A DNA stretch of 64,000 nt, taken from Glycera tridactyla. Taxonomy: Eukaryota. The notes below the pieces were generated by a model that was not told the DNA's origin, ran no database searches, and saw only the letters and a program-made list of their open reading frames with translations. Below, piece after piece: positions 40,001-55,000 of the stretch. Every line of letters starts with the position of its first letter. Position 1 is the stretch's first letter. The stretch spans positions 116,684,001-116,748,000 of the forward strand of contig OZ286459.1 of the NCBI GenBank assembly GCA_965644265.1, read 5' to 3'. The position numbers were made by a program, and so were the translations under genes.

Positions 40001-43000
40001 GCCTAGTCATTCCTGGAGTCTAATGGAGACTGGTTTTTTTGTTAGAGTGAGTAAACTGTAGTACATTGCTGATGTTTCCAGCCTAGAATTAGATTCACTC
40101 CACTCCCTCTATTGGCTTAGTAAATCCTACGCCATGTGAGAACCCAGACATTCAAATGTATTCCTTTGGTATTTAAGAGAGCATGATTTGACCTATACTT
40201 CATCACACGCCATCCCGTACGATCATATAAATGTGGTGGTTCGTGGTTTGGCATCCTTCAACAAATTCAACCGGATTCAAATCACATTTTGGCAGGCTGT
40301 TCAAGTTTGGGCCTTTTCGAGCCCCCCCCCCCCCCCGCGAGAATGAAGATATGGACTATATTACGCGTGCGAGCACTCTGCAGTCAACATCACTCCCTAT
40401 TGCCATGTACCCATTCACAGGTGGGTCGAGTGGAGTGGTGGAGTAAAAAGGCTCCACTCAGTTCTCTTCACAGGGGATGTGATGTGATGCAGTCTGTGTG
40501 TGAAGTTGTATCCAATTGAACCTGCCCGAGAGACCACCTCCATACAGAGGTGACCCTGTCTACAAAAGCTGCGACCATCTTATTATTTTCTACAGACAAG
40601 AAAATCTCTACTAAGGCCACCTATTACTACAAAGATCACTTTTAAGAATGACTCACGATGGGTTCCGTAGATCGTTTCGACCGTGTAATGGTGCAGATCT
40701 GATACTGAATTGTCAAACTTGATAGTCTTGTTCACTCATACGAGCAAGGGCTCTGCTCGCTGTTCTGTGACAGTGCTATTCGATTGAGAATCCACATTCA
40801 TCAGACCTAACTCGCACGCCCTATCCGAATTGTTGAAAGATAAGATGAATCCATAATCAACCAGTGTCAGATTACTTCGAAAAGGTAGACCCAGATGACT
40901 GATCGAAAATTTGAATTACATTACATCAGTAACTTGAATGGTCAACGTGATTATGAAAATTCAAAATAGAACATAATGGAGTGGCACTATTGACTAGTAC
41001 AATGAAAGCTTTCTTTCATCTCAATATTTCAATAAACAAAGGGGTGGGATATAAGTTGCAACATCTATGAAATAGCATGTGAATTTCATTGATTTCTACT
41101 TGACGGTGGGAGGGGTTGTGAATGATCTCACGAGTGCCTCTCGCATGGAATATAATATATATCAAGAGGACAAGGCAAAGCGTCCTTCGCTCTCGGCGGC
41201 AATACTCGGATTGGTTTTTGTTTACAGCTAACGCTGATGACGTGACATAGCGACGCGTCCACCAGGTGACACTAGTTGCTGTGTCACTAGGAGACACTAG
41301 GTGTCTCTCAGGTGATGCATCCCATTGTGATCTCACAGTCACTGAGGCAGTCCCATGCTCTGTTGACTGTGAAGGTGCTAACAATGCTATTGAATGCCAT
41401 TGTCCTGCTAGTCCGAGTTTCGGAATTTGGCCCTCTTCAGTTGCCTGATGTCTAATTTAGCTGAATTTGGTCTAAATTGTACACGATCTGATTCATCATA
41501 TAGGTTTAATTCAAATAAATATAGATCATTGACTTTGTCCAAAAAATCAGGAAAAATATGTGTTTTGAGTCAGGTATGTCCATACCCACTCATGGGTGGT
41601 GCTTTCTTATTCTGCATCCCATTTTTTATATATAGGACTTGATATTTAGATTCAAATGTATACGTTTTGTCATTATCAGCGTTGGTTGTTGGAGTTTGCA
41701 GAGCCATTCTGTTATGTGTGATCTCCGCTCAGTGTACTTTTTTCTAAATCCGGATCTAGCTATGAAGTGATTCTCAGCCACTACATTCATCTACAGGATG
41801 AGTAATTAAGTTGCTGAGGCAAAGTAGATGTTCGTAGTTGATCTGAATAAAGCCTCTGATGTGTTTGACCATCTGTGCAGAAATTCAGTGTGGGACTTAT
41901 ATGTGGGTGTCCTAACTTTTGTATTTGTTGGACTCCCTATAGAACCTCCANNNNNNNNNNNNNNNNNNNNNNNNNNNNNNNNNNNNNNNNNNNNNNNNNN
42001 NNNNNNNNNNNNNNNNNNNNNNNNNNNNNNNNNNNNNNNNNNNNNNNNNNNNNNNNNNNNNNNNNNNNNNNNNNNNNNNNNNNNNNNNNNNNNNNCTACA
42101 GAACTGACGTTACAAAAACATAACAATCCATTTTCTAATATGAAAAACAAGGGACGGGATATCACTTGGAACATGAATTAGTTTGTGAATTTAATCTATT
42201 ATCACTGAATGATCTCATTTGTACTTTTTCACGAAGGCTAGAAGGCTTCATAAATGCTTTTAACACCCACAGAAGTGACATTATAAAAACTGAGCAGTCA
42301 TTTTTCTCACACCAGAAGAGAGCGATATCGGAACCGTATTTGCTTCAGCTCACGCAAGCAGTGCGTTGCCGGCGTACATAAAAATGAGACCGAGGTTTGA
42401 TTACATTGATGCCTCTCCTAGCCACATCACAGGCTCCATGCGTGATGGAAGTATAGACCCACATGGTAATTACTTAGATGAGTTCATCAGAAAGATTGAT
42501 TGGATGCAATGAAAAGGACTATGAATATATTTACAGGAAGGTTGGAGTTCACCGGCCATACACAAATTCATGTTGGTACTTGTTTGACCTTTCAACATCT
42601 TAAAAAAATTGTCACTAGATTTATTTAATAAAATTGTCCTACTACTTTCTCTCCCATGGTAATTTCATTACTCTATAGTGGATTACAGTGATCAATCAAT
42701 TACCCTTTATCAAAATGCTTAATCATATTTGATCCTTGATAAATACAATCAGTGTATAAGATTCAAGGTTCACCTGTTTTGGGGCCATATTGTATGAAAT
42801 GGTATACCCCGTATAATTCTTGTTTGTTGGGAATGTGATTCGAGGGTTGGTTGGTTGATTTGAGGAAGCCACGCAATGTGCATTGTTCATTGTTCATTAG
42901 GATCTCCACACACTAGATAAACAGAAAGACGGGTTTGGCAATGACTTCGTGCACTAGGAAATGTTGGACGTAAACACAAACGGAAACTTTCCGCTTTCTT

Positions 43001-46000
43001 TGCATATCTACGGACAACGTGCAATCGCGCGGCGAATGCAAAATCCAAATTTTGTATCAGAATATGGAATGTCGCACCTCATCAATGGAGTGACATTCTC
43101 ATATGGAATGTCTGTTTCATTGAAGTTCTTTGTCCTGAAAAGGGGTGGATGAAATGAAGACACGCAATATAAAGGCTGGCTTGCCTCGTAACAGTGGCAC
43201 TGCTGAGGATCATTCTGTGACGTGACTACATTGCCTCCTCGACAGACAGTTGAAGTCATGCCAAGATAGAAGACATTAATCTTGCAAACTCGCTCACGAG
43301 CACTCACTGCTTTGGATCCAGTGATGGACTGGTGCACGGGATAAGGCCATGAGCTATCCTCAATCTGTGTATGACTGCCTCCGTGTCTGTGTGTGTGTGT
43401 GTGTGTGTTGGGGGGGGTATGTATGTGTACATGTGTGTGCACATGCGTGTGCGGGATTTGTGTCCCTGCTGCCTTTGCCATCTACCTATTTTTCCCTTGA
43501 TCAATTCTTCCATTCATCGATTCATCGATCTGTCTGTCAGTCTACCTGCCTGTATGTCTGTCTGCCTGCCTGTGCTTCAAGCTCAGCTCCCCGAGAAACC
43601 CTCTGAGAATTCACTCCATTGCAGACGCCACGTTGGGGTGAAATTGTACCATATTTTAATCAGAATTGTGTTATCCACTATATTGTTTTCTTTACGGATT
43701 TACTGATGATTGATAATGATGGTAGATGTAATGGAATGAGAATACTTCCATCTCTTAAATCGAGCCCCTTGCCAATTTATCCATGCGAATATAAAAAATT
43801 GAGTTGTTTATATATAGATATATTGAATCAGCCCATCAATCTCTTACTCATCCTATAGCAATGGTTTTCCTAACGTGTTACACTCTGTTTTGTACTCGGT
43901 ACTCGGGTACAATGTTTTAGCAGTGTTTTGAGGTAGTATGCTGTTACTAGCCTTATAACAATGGCTTTTCTAATATGTAATAGTTTGCTTTGTACTTCCG
44001 TCTTCGAAGTTAGCCACTCTCCCGAATCCAAGGGAGAGTGAATTGGGGTTCGGGGTTGTGAAAAGACCAAACTCACTCTCCCGTTGGAAGAGTGCGGATG
44101 TTCCAGTTGATGAGAAGGTGATGAATTTACTATCGAGATAGAATACCACAAGTTCGACTCCACAAATCAAATGTGATGAATGTACTATGAAGACAGAATA
44201 CCACAAGTTCGTCTCCACAAATCCAAAATAGATAAACTACAAATACACGACTGAATAACTGATATTGATTGTATTGTCTGTTTGATACAGAGAAGTACTT
44301 GGATCTGGATGGGACGAATTGGGATGAGGAAGCACGTGGGCTTCTCACTCAGCTGAAGCAGAGGGTGGCTGAGAGTTTGTCAGAGTCGAATCTAAGGACG
44401 TATAACCTGCAATGGTTGCCCCCTGGATTGTCACAGATCGACAACGAACATCAGGAATACATGGAAAGATTCATCGCCGACTTTATTGACCAGATGAAGC
44501 GACTGGTTGATTCCAATATCGCCGCCAAAAATGAAGTGCAGAATTTCATGCCCTTCACACAAGAGGTGCTTAGGCACTCGTGGCAGACCCAGGTGGGTGG
44601 ACGTAACATCAGTGTCGTCTGATACAACGATCCTGAGTGACCTAGCTTAGGAAGATGGTTGGCTAGGTTTGGTTGGGTTTGGTTTGGTTGAGATCCAACG
44701 GCAGCTTATCAGCATCTATTCGCTCGCCAAAAAATGTTGAAATCTCTTCAAATTTTTGTCAGCATATCTGTAGATTCAGACGCCAGTGGTAAGAAGAAGG
44801 CTGTCTAAAAGACAGGCGTCCTGAAAAAGAATATATTCTGGCAAAACATGTGTATTATTAGTAATGGACAGCTACAGAATTGGTCCAGTACAGACTTGGC
44901 ACCAAGTGTTTGTTACTATAATTTATTTTCTGTGAGGATATCACAATGAATATGGATGTTAAATAAACGAGTTTGATTTTTTCGAGTTATTATTCAAATA
45001 ACATTCCGTGAGCATCCGTAGATAAGTTCACCAGGTGGTGAGGATTTTCTCGGGCTCTTGAATTCCCCTTATACCCTTTGTATGGGCACTATAATGCACT
45101 CAAACCTGTCTATAGAAGCCACATTCGGTCGCCTCAAGAAGTAACCTTCATAGAGAGATCATATACTATTACAGCTCAGAATGACCTCCATAGGCTGGTG
45201 GCCTCTTTAGAGAGACGGTCTGTCAAGCTGATCCGACTGTGTGTTACAATATTTGCGTGACAGAATCNNNNNNNNNNNNNNNNNNNNNNNNNNNNNNNNN
45301 NNNNNNNNNNNNNNNNNNNNNNNNNNNNNNNNNNNNNNNNNNNNNNNNNNNNNNNNNNNNNNNNNNNNNNNNNNNNNNNNNNNNNNNNNNNNNNNNNNNN
45401 NNNNNNNNNNNNNNNNNNNNNNNNNNNNNNNNNNNNNNNNNNACGCCTCCAATGTGTTGTACGAGCGAAAGGTGGCAGTGGCCGACATCCGAGCGCAGTT
45501 GTTCCGTACGTGGAACGCCGATCACAGCGAACGTAAACCGGAACCCGGCGAGATCGACAGCGATTCCACCGAAACAGAATACTCCGAAGAAGAATTCGAA
45601 GTATTCGAGAATGTAGACGAACCTCTACCGGGAGGTGATGGAGGGGCGGGTGATGGCAACAAAGATGAGGAGGCAGAGACGACCGCCAAAGATGAGGATG
45701 ATGGTGGGAAAGATACGAACCAGAATGATGAACAGAAACCCGAGCAAAACGAGGACGAAACAGCCCCCGCCGAAGAAGCAGACAGCGAAGAGAAGAAGAA
45801 ACACGATGTTGAATCGTCAACGGATGTTGAGAATGGAAACGGGGATGAGAAGAAAGATGGAGAAGATAAAGAGGGGGAAGACGCAAATACCGATGATGCA
45901 GAGAAGGAAGAGAAATCAGAAGTGACAGAGAAAGTTGATACTGCCGAGAAAGATATAGACGGTGGGGAAGAGGCAGATGTTGAAGACAACGATGAAGTCG

Positions 46001-49000
46001 ACGAAAAAGACAAAGATGGGAGCGGAGATAATGATGAGAATAATCCGAAGGAGGATTTAGATGGAGATGCTGGAATTGAGATGCAAGCTAATGACCTTCT
46101 GGAGAAATTGGAAGCGTGGAAAAAGAGTAAACTGGAGGAGGATAAGGTGGAGCCCGAAGTGTTGAGTGTAGCAGAGTCAAGTGATGATGATGAGGGCATT
46201 CTTTTCATATCAAAAGGACTGATGGATCAGGATGTAGACAACAAGTACCCAGATCACGTACTGATTGCAGCAGTTGCCCCGCAAAAAGATGAGGTCTCGG
46301 CAAGTGAGGCTCTCTATGCTGAACTACAATTCCACGCTCTCAAACGCTACTCTAAACCTATGATTCTGTGCGGGCCTACAGCATGTGGCAAAACCACATT
46401 GATGGCATCAATCGCTATGGACATTGACAATTGGCTGGAGCATAAACCTGTAAAAATCATCCGATTTCTGGGCACCACTAAACATACACTCAATATTAGT
46501 GATATCATAATTGGAATTTGTGCACAAATCTGGCTGGCTTATGATGTGTGGATGCCTATAGACCTCCAAGTTGGTAAAGATTTCACGAAATTGTCAATCT
46601 ACTTCCGAAATCTCCTGCAGAAGATCAAAACAAAGACGCGCCCTCTTGTGATTATGCTAGACGCCATCGAGAAGCTCGATGATAAAGATGGCGCTCTCGC
46701 CCTGACGTGGCTTCCGAAGCAGCTCCCCCGAAATATTCACATGATCATCTCCATGCGTGACGAACAATGTCTGACGAATGCACAGAACTACATGGACGAC
46801 TACGATCGCTTCGTACAACTCAACCACGACCTCATTGACAAGGTCATCGTACAGGTCATCGAGCGATGGCGACATAAAACCAAGAAACAACTCACTGGCC
46901 ATCAGGTAGGATCAAGTCTTTTTCATTTTAACAGATAACACTGAAGGGGACCTGTATCATTTGGTCAATTCACATTTCGTCATGAATTGGCATTTTCTCC
47001 ATTACATGGTCGATGTATTGTACGGCACATGATTTCAACGATGTTATTACGCTATTGGTCACAGAGACATTCCTTTCATATATTATGTGTTCCTGCTTTG
47101 TATATATGTTATTGCACTATTGGTCAGAGAGACATCCCTTTAATATATCACATGTTCCTGCTTTGTATATATGTTATTGCACTATTGGTCACAGAGACAT
47201 CCCTTCAATATATCACATGTCCCTGCTTTGTATATATATTATTTCGTGAATTAATTTTGTTTCTACTCAAACTGGGGTAACGGTACGTAGACAGGTGGTC
47301 TACAGGTGGTCTATATCGAGTACATAGTATAGGATGATGGTATTGCTGACATCTCTCATTGTATGAAATTGTTATTTGGACCGTCTCAATACGTGTCTGT
47401 ACCATATTTTGGCGATAACTTATGGGTGATGTAATTCATGATGGGATGGAAATGCGATGTCGTATCTCCTCTCAAACATTATAAAGCATTTATGGAGCCT
47501 TATGAAGTTTTATGGAGCCCTAATGGCGACTTATGAAGTCTTTTTGAAGCCGTTATGAAGCCTCAAGTCTCTCATCTTTGACGTCAACAGGTGAATTTCT
47601 TGGTGACGCGAATAAAGAACGAGAAGCAGTTGCTGTTAATGAGGATGGGTTTGGAGTTGGCCATGATCTGGACATCCTACACCCCCAAGAGCGAGATGTT
47701 CTTATGTGCCAGCCTCTCAGATACCTGCGAGAGGCTCTTCAATGACCTTGAGAAGAGTTTTGGAAAGCCCGTCATGAATAAAGTCNNNNNNNNNNNNNNN
47801 NNNNNNNNNNNNNNNNNNNNNNNNNNNNNNNNNNNNNNNNNNNNNNNNNNNNNNNNNNNNNNNNNNNNNNNNNNNNNNNNNNNNNNNNNNNNNNNNNNNN
47901 NNNNNNNNNNNNNNNNNNNNNNNNNNNNNNNNNNNNNNNNNNNNNNTTTGCGATCATCACCAACATCGTAGTCGTCACCAGTAACACCAGTGCTCCACAC
48001 AGCCACAGGCACCACTTGTATTATCAATATTACCACCACAACCACCACTACAACCACCACCACTACTACCCCATCATCATAACCAGCACTACTACCACCA
48101 CCACCAATTCATCACCATTTCCACCAACGCAAGTGGGTGGCAAGTAAATCAGTCTGTAAACTCCTCCGCGGACCACCACGCTTGGAGGTGGGTCAGGGAA
48201 AGGCTTACTGAGAAACTGATTCGCTGCCTGACGAATTGGCTGACTGGCTGGGTGGCAGTCTGGCCAACGACGAGTGTTATGATCTCGATTTAATTGTTGG
48301 TGATGTTGTTAATGTCACTTTATTGTTTTGTTGTTGATGCTGATAATNNNNNNNNNNNNNNNNNNNNNNNNNNNNNNNNNNNNNNNNNNNNNNNNNNNNN
48401 NNNNNNNNNNNNNNNNNNNNNNNNNNNNNNNNNNNNNNNNNNNNNNNNNNNNNNNNNNNNNNNNNNNNNNNNNNNNNNNNNNNNNNNNNNNNNCAGGCTA
48501 CTTGACCGTGTCTCGGTACGGCCTCACCCCACTGGAAATGGAGGACTTACTAAGTTGTGACGAGGACATTCTACAAGATGCCTTCATCTACCACTCACCA
48601 CACAGTGAGCAATTGCTCCGCATTCCCCAACTCTTCTGGAGACGTCTACACAACGAACTGAAGCTCTACATTTCTCTCACTCGTCGCAATGCTCGCACTC
48701 TCATGGTCTGGTTCCACTCGGAGTTCGCCGGCTACGTCCACGAGAAGTACCTGACCCCACAGTCCGTCGAGCGCGAATTTCATCACGCACTCGCCGACTA
48801 TTTTCTAGGCAAATTGGTAGATCGTAAACATGGTACAATCGAACTTGGAAAGCCGCGCAAGAAATACGACATAAATAACAGAAATGTAGGTTCTTCGATG
48901 ATATCAACCCCGCCATTCCCACTTCCTTTCAGGTCCCTTTCCAAACTGGAGACACCAATGATGTAGGACATTGGTATCATNNNNNNNNNNNNNNNNNNNN

Positions 49001-52000
49001 NNNNNNNNNNNNNNNNNNNNNNNNNNNNNNNNNNNNNNNNNNNNNNNNNNNNNNNNNNNNNNNNNNNNNNNNNNNNNNNNNNNNNNNNNNNNNNNNNNNN
49101 NNNNNNNNNNNNNNNNNNNNNNNNNNNNNNNNNNNNNNNNNNNNNNNNNNNNNNNNNNNNNNNNNNNNNNNNNNNNNNNNNNNNNNNNNNNNNNNNNNNN
49201 NNNNNNNNNNNNNNNNNNNNNNNNNNNNNNNNNNNNNNNNNNNNNNNNNNGGGAAGTGTGATGGAATATCACTGCAAGCATGAGGCTGGTATGAAGTTGG
49301 TAGTTCATGACTGAACTCATCTCATATATATTCCTCATCATGCATTTCATTATTACAGGTACCATGCTTTGTCAGAATAATTGCACTGCTATCATGTGTG
49401 TCAGCTTTCAGCCAGTCACATTGTCAAATATGCTATTAATAGATTCTTTCAGGATAATTTGAGGGATGTGGTTTGTATCCGAACTGTCAGCTCATCCGAC
49501 TAGATGAATGTTCTGGTTCCCTGTCATCTTGTGTTCCCTGTTTGAGACAGTGATGCCTGCAGAGGAAAGAGCACCTAACTTTCGTATACCATTCCTTTAA
49601 TCATGTCCACTATTCTGATCTCTTCCAATATATAATGAACTATTTCTGGTGTGACTTTGTTCAGATTGATCCTTCATATTATCAAGATTGTTATATTCTT
49701 ATATGCTGAAAATGCAATATGTACTCGACAGTCAGTTGACGAGAGTGGCTCACAGATATTCTCCGAACCTTATGCTTGTCCATTTTTCAAGTGGTGCGTT
49801 TTGCTCAAAAAGAAAGCATTGCTAGCAGGCTTGAGTGTCAGCTCCCAACTAGATACTTGATTAGACCATTGGGTTCATGTTGAATAGATAGAGGTGTGTC
49901 TGAACTGTCAGCTATCTCCACTTGACGACCGTTCAGGCTCTGCATCATCTTGCGTTCAGGCTTAGTGTTGCCTGCAGGGGACAGAACATCTAGCTTTCAT
50001 TGACCAGGAACACATGACATACATAATCCTGTGGGATGATACATGCTGGTAAACCTGAGACATACAAACACATATATCACTGATCTCCAATCACTGTAGA
50101 ATCTCTGTTACTTTGCAGCTACTGACACAGCCCTTATTATTCAGTGGAATGAAGCAGTCGATTTACAACATGCGTTATATGACCGAACTGCCCTACCATC
50201 TTGTCCTCAGCTTCCGCTATACTGACTTCATCGACACTCTCTGTCGAAGATATGAATGGCTCTATCACAAATGTCAGGTAAGTCAAAGTCAAACAAACTT
50301 TATTTATACTCGTAAGACTCACCTTTCCCTTGCGATTCCCTTGTATATATTCTGTCGTTTTCGTTTGTATGTTTAGTCGATGTCTATGGGTTTGTCGGGA
50401 CTATTCTCGATAACATTTCCAAAATTCAAATTCATTACTTATTACTCAGTTTAAACATGTATATTGGAGTATGTAAACTCATATTTATGACACGAATGCT
50501 TATCCTTGTGTTGCAATTATTGGTCAGACAGGGGATATGCAGATCCACACTACCCCTACAGCAGATAATTTTTTGAAGCCTTTGAAGCCATTCCCCTACC
50601 TCGTGGTGTCAAAAAATTCCACAAGTCTGAAGTGCAACCAAATTCTACTCGACTATATCAAAACTTTACATACCGAATTCTACATCCAGTCGGGAATGAG
50701 AACTACAATGTTATTGCAAACGACGCAAAGGCAGCCTCACAATATTGAACATGGACGAGGGGTGTCACTGCTATTCTGGGTCTACATTCCCCTTTTCCTA
50801 GTCGCATTAGATCAGGAGAGATGATAAGATAGGCTGATAGCAAAATATATATATAACGGTAATAATTTCCATGATCAATTACAGCTGAATAGTGGTCTTG
50901 TATGTTGCCTTTATTAATGTATGTCTTGCTGTTAAGTCGCTTGTAGTATCAAGATAAAATGCTGTCTTTCATCGATTGTCCAAGATAGTAGAACATATCG
51001 AGAGATAAATCACACGATACTGTTCTCCTATATTTGTATTCGGAACACTTTCAATATTTCGAGCATTTTGAGTAGGTGGACTCGATGAGGTCGGTGTTGG
51101 ATGATCTACAGTTCGCCCTGAAACACGTACCAGCTGCTATATCCGAACTACAGAATGACGAGAATGACAAAGGTGCGCAGTTGAACGGTCAGGCTGAGGA
51201 GATCAAGGCTCTACACGACGTCCTCGCTCTCCGATTTGACGTCGTGCAACACAACCCTCGCTCACTCTCCACTCAGGTCGGTAACTATTTTAGTAGGGCT
51301 GCGACTAGGTTTACTAGGTTGTGTGATGGCATTGCACTGCAAGCATTGGGCACCCATTATTGTGGAGCTGGTTCGAAGTTGACAGTTCGTTATTCTCCAA
51401 ACCTAATGCTTTTCCTCGTTTCAAGCACTGCGCTTTGCAAAAAAAGCATAGCTATCAGGCTGGAGGGTCAACTTCCAGCCAGTTTCATAGTTAGATATGC
51501 CATCGTCAGGTTCATTATGTTCATGTTGTGTAGTCAGATGTGTGTCTGAACTGTCAGCTGCTCCCACTCGACAACTATTCAGATTACTATCATCTTGTGA
51601 TCAGGGTTTGTGAGAGTGATGTCTGCAGGGGAGAGAACATCTAGCTCTTATTGACCAAGAAAACACGACAAACATACTCTTCTAGGTTGATACATGTCGT
51701 TAAACCTCAAACAAACAAACAAAATCGGTAACTATTATTCATTTGCCAGATGATATTTGCCAGATGATTGATGGGGGAATTCAATCATAATGTATGGACT
51801 AGAGATGGGCATACCCTATCATAAAGATGGATTTGTTTGTTTGGGAGCATAGTGCTGAAGATATACAAGCCATGATATTGATTTCTCAGTAAATCTGTAC
51901 TTGTCATAGTTAAAGCATGTTAGGTGTACAATGCAATTTCTGCACTCCCATCAATCACATATGACGGTCGTGATGACTTGTCGAGTTGAATGTATCATAT

Positions 52001-55000
52001 TGATTGCTGAAAGTACTCAGAATCATATCTCGAAATCAGCGAGATAGGAACAGGAAGTGAGTCAGCTCACCACAAGCGCCACCTTGCGTCAATACACTAA
52101 AATACAGTGGTGTCAAAATCAATGAGATTATCATGGTGGAGATAGGGACAGGAAGTGGAAACCAGCTCACTGCAAGCGCCACCGTCTGCCAATACACTGA
52201 AATACACTGGTGAACATTTTTGGAACTAAAACCTGTCAACCACTATAGACATTGAGAGCAATTGCTTGATTTCCGCCACTTATTCCCACCACCAGACCAC
52301 TACGGCGGCCGGCGAGTTGGTACATACGGGTACTAGAATGGAAGAAGTGATGAGCAAGCATGAAGCCCCGACACTGATAACAACATCTAGATGGATGCAT
52401 ACAGTTTGCTTAACTTTGCCTCATTCTTTTCCAAATATCTCAATTGTAAATCGACGAATCTGCACAATTATTTCACGAAGATGTTGCGAACAAATTGGAT
52501 GAAAAAAGGACTGTGAAATAATGTACGCATCCAACAAATATAGAACTTCCGGCGATCATCTGACCCGGTTTCAAGAACGTGGACAGCAAGGCGCACATTG
52601 GAGAATTTTCTCGATCGGCCATCCCAAACACCTGCATTTCCACACATGTGGAAAATGAATCGAATGTTCGAACTGACGATGTTCCACCTCAAAACTGACA
52701 CCCTGTCATATTGGACACGCGTTTAGACAGTTTTGCCTACCAGAACATGAGGATTGTGCTAGGTTACTTAGTGGTGCGGCATAGCACTAGTAGTTTTGTA
52801 TTCATACAGCCGGTGAGAGCAATATTTCCACTCAGTGGAAGGATGCTCCAGAACTGTCCAGACACCATCCGTGGTAAAACAGTGATAATGGGAAAAGATT
52901 GAATGGATCAGTTTCTACTTGATGATCCTGTCATGTGATCTTACAATGCTCCAATCATGTAAAAATGAGGCGACTATTTAGTGTGAACAATAGCACTATT
53001 TGAAATATCTTCGTTGTTCAGTAATCACCACCGAAAACGAGATGATCAGAAGATTGAATTGCTTTAATTTGTTCAATTTCCTTGATGATACGCGTGAGAA
53101 TATGAAACTCCGAGTGGCGAAGATCATTCTGTAATTTCTTTCTCAACGTATCATTTATTCTGAGGATGTGGTTCTGTAGGCCAATCATCAGAGGAGATGA
53201 TATTGTGGTCGAACCAGCTCTGTATTTTTGTGTTTCACAGTTGCTGGGTCAAGTGATGGGTCGGGCCGATCTGCCAACAGGATTAGCACTGCTACGCAAG
53301 CAAGCGGAGATCTGGTGTGAAAGTATAGAACTACCACTTATTGTGCCAAAATCACAATGTCTGCCATATCCTGGAACGTCGCTGAAGAAAGTGATCGACG
53401 TGAACATGGTCAAGCCGATGGGTGAGCTTTTTTGTCGTTTCTTGCATGTTTGTTGGCATGTTTGAATGCAGAAAGGAGCATTAATGCTATTGGTATTCCT
53501 GAGGGNNNNNNNNNNNNNNNNNNNNNNNNNNNNNNNNNNNNNNNNNNNNNNNNNNNNNNNNNNNNNNNNNNNNNNNNNNNNNNNNNNNNNNNNNNNNNNN
53601 NNNNNNNNNNNNNNNNNNNNNNNNNNNNNNNNNNNNNNNNNNNNNNNNNNNNNNNNNNNNNNNNNNNNNNNNNNNNNNNNNNNNNNNNNNNNNNNNNNNN
53701 NNNNNNNNNNNNNNNNNNNNNNNNNNNNNNNNNNNNNNNNNNNNNNNNNNNNNNNNNNNNNNNNNNNNNNNNNNNNNNNNNNNNNNNNNNNNNNNNNNNN
53801 NNNNNNNNNNNNNNNNNNNNNNNNNNNNNNNNNNNNNNNNNNNNNNNNNNNNNNNNNNNNNNNNNNNNNNNNNNNNNNNNNNNNNNNNNNNNNNNNNNNN
53901 NNNNNNNNNNNNNNNNNNNNNNNNNNNNNNNNNNNNNNNNNNNNNNNNNNNNNNNNNNNNNNNNNNNNNNNNNNNNNNNNNNNNNNNNNNNNNNNNNNNN
54001 NNNNNNNNNNNNNNNNNNNNNNNNNNNNNNNNNNNNNNNNNNNNNNNNNNNNNNNNNNNNNNNNNNNNNNNNNNNNNNNNNNNNNNNNNNNNNNNNNNNN
54101 NNNNNNNNNNNNNNNNNNNNNNNNNGGGGCGCGTATGTGTACATGTTGAGTTGTTTGTTCTCTTTCTTTTTGGATCGCTTTAGATGCTTGCGATTTTAGA
54201 TGCTTCTGACATCCCAACATCGCACCATAGAATGATTGACCCCTACCAACCTTGCGGAGATTAATCTGATCTGATTTTGAATATACAATGCTACTGTATC
54301 ATCATGTTCGTTATTACAAATATATTAGTCAGTCATTGAAATTGCTAGCCATTCAAAGATGCAGCCAACTTACCTGTCAACCAACCCATAAAGCAATGAA
54401 TCAATCAACCAAACAGTCACTCGCTCCAACAATTGACCAGTCACTCTTTAAAATCGACCAGCCAGCCAGTTTAACTCTTTCTACCCCATACATGCACCTC
54501 AACACAAATCAATGAGTCCAGTCCATCCATCGGGGAGAACTCATTGATTTGGAACAAACACACGTGTGTATGTTTTGTGTTCAGCACTGCTCAATGCGAC
54601 TTTATTTCTTAATTCAACCTCACTTTCATGGCGCGCGTACAGCGTTTTATAATTTTGTCATGAGCTTTCTACTAACCCAGGTCTTGAAATAAGGAAATCC
54701 TTGCCGAAGTCGCATGGCTCTCCGAATGTGCAGCCATTCACAGGTAACAACACCCATCCCAGGATGAGCTGAGATTGTCATCTTTGTTCGGTGTCATTTA
54801 TGGATATTATGACGTCACAATCAGGAAAACTTTCAGACGTTCATGGACCAATTGCGACAATCGGGCAGGTTGTCATGCAATGTTGCAGTGAGGATAGAGG
54901 GCACCCATGCCGAAGATTCACCAATGCTGTTGACATTGTGACTCATTGGGTTGCGTGTTCTCCTATTTTCTTGCACCGTCCTTGAGCACCTAAACACTCA

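Noticed and set aside
43985-44117. Open frame SSKLATLPNPRESELGFGVVKRP...DEK|GTGATG before exon 7
   Set aside because: Available splice sites do not give the phase 1-1 needed between exons 6 and 7, and there is no family similarity
53249-54220. Long ORFs in the track made mostly of X (also 20204-20591, 39121-39780, 48904-49365, 60341-61229)
   Set aside because: They span N gaps of estimated length, so the frames are artefactual. Exons could be hidden in these gaps but cannot be called.
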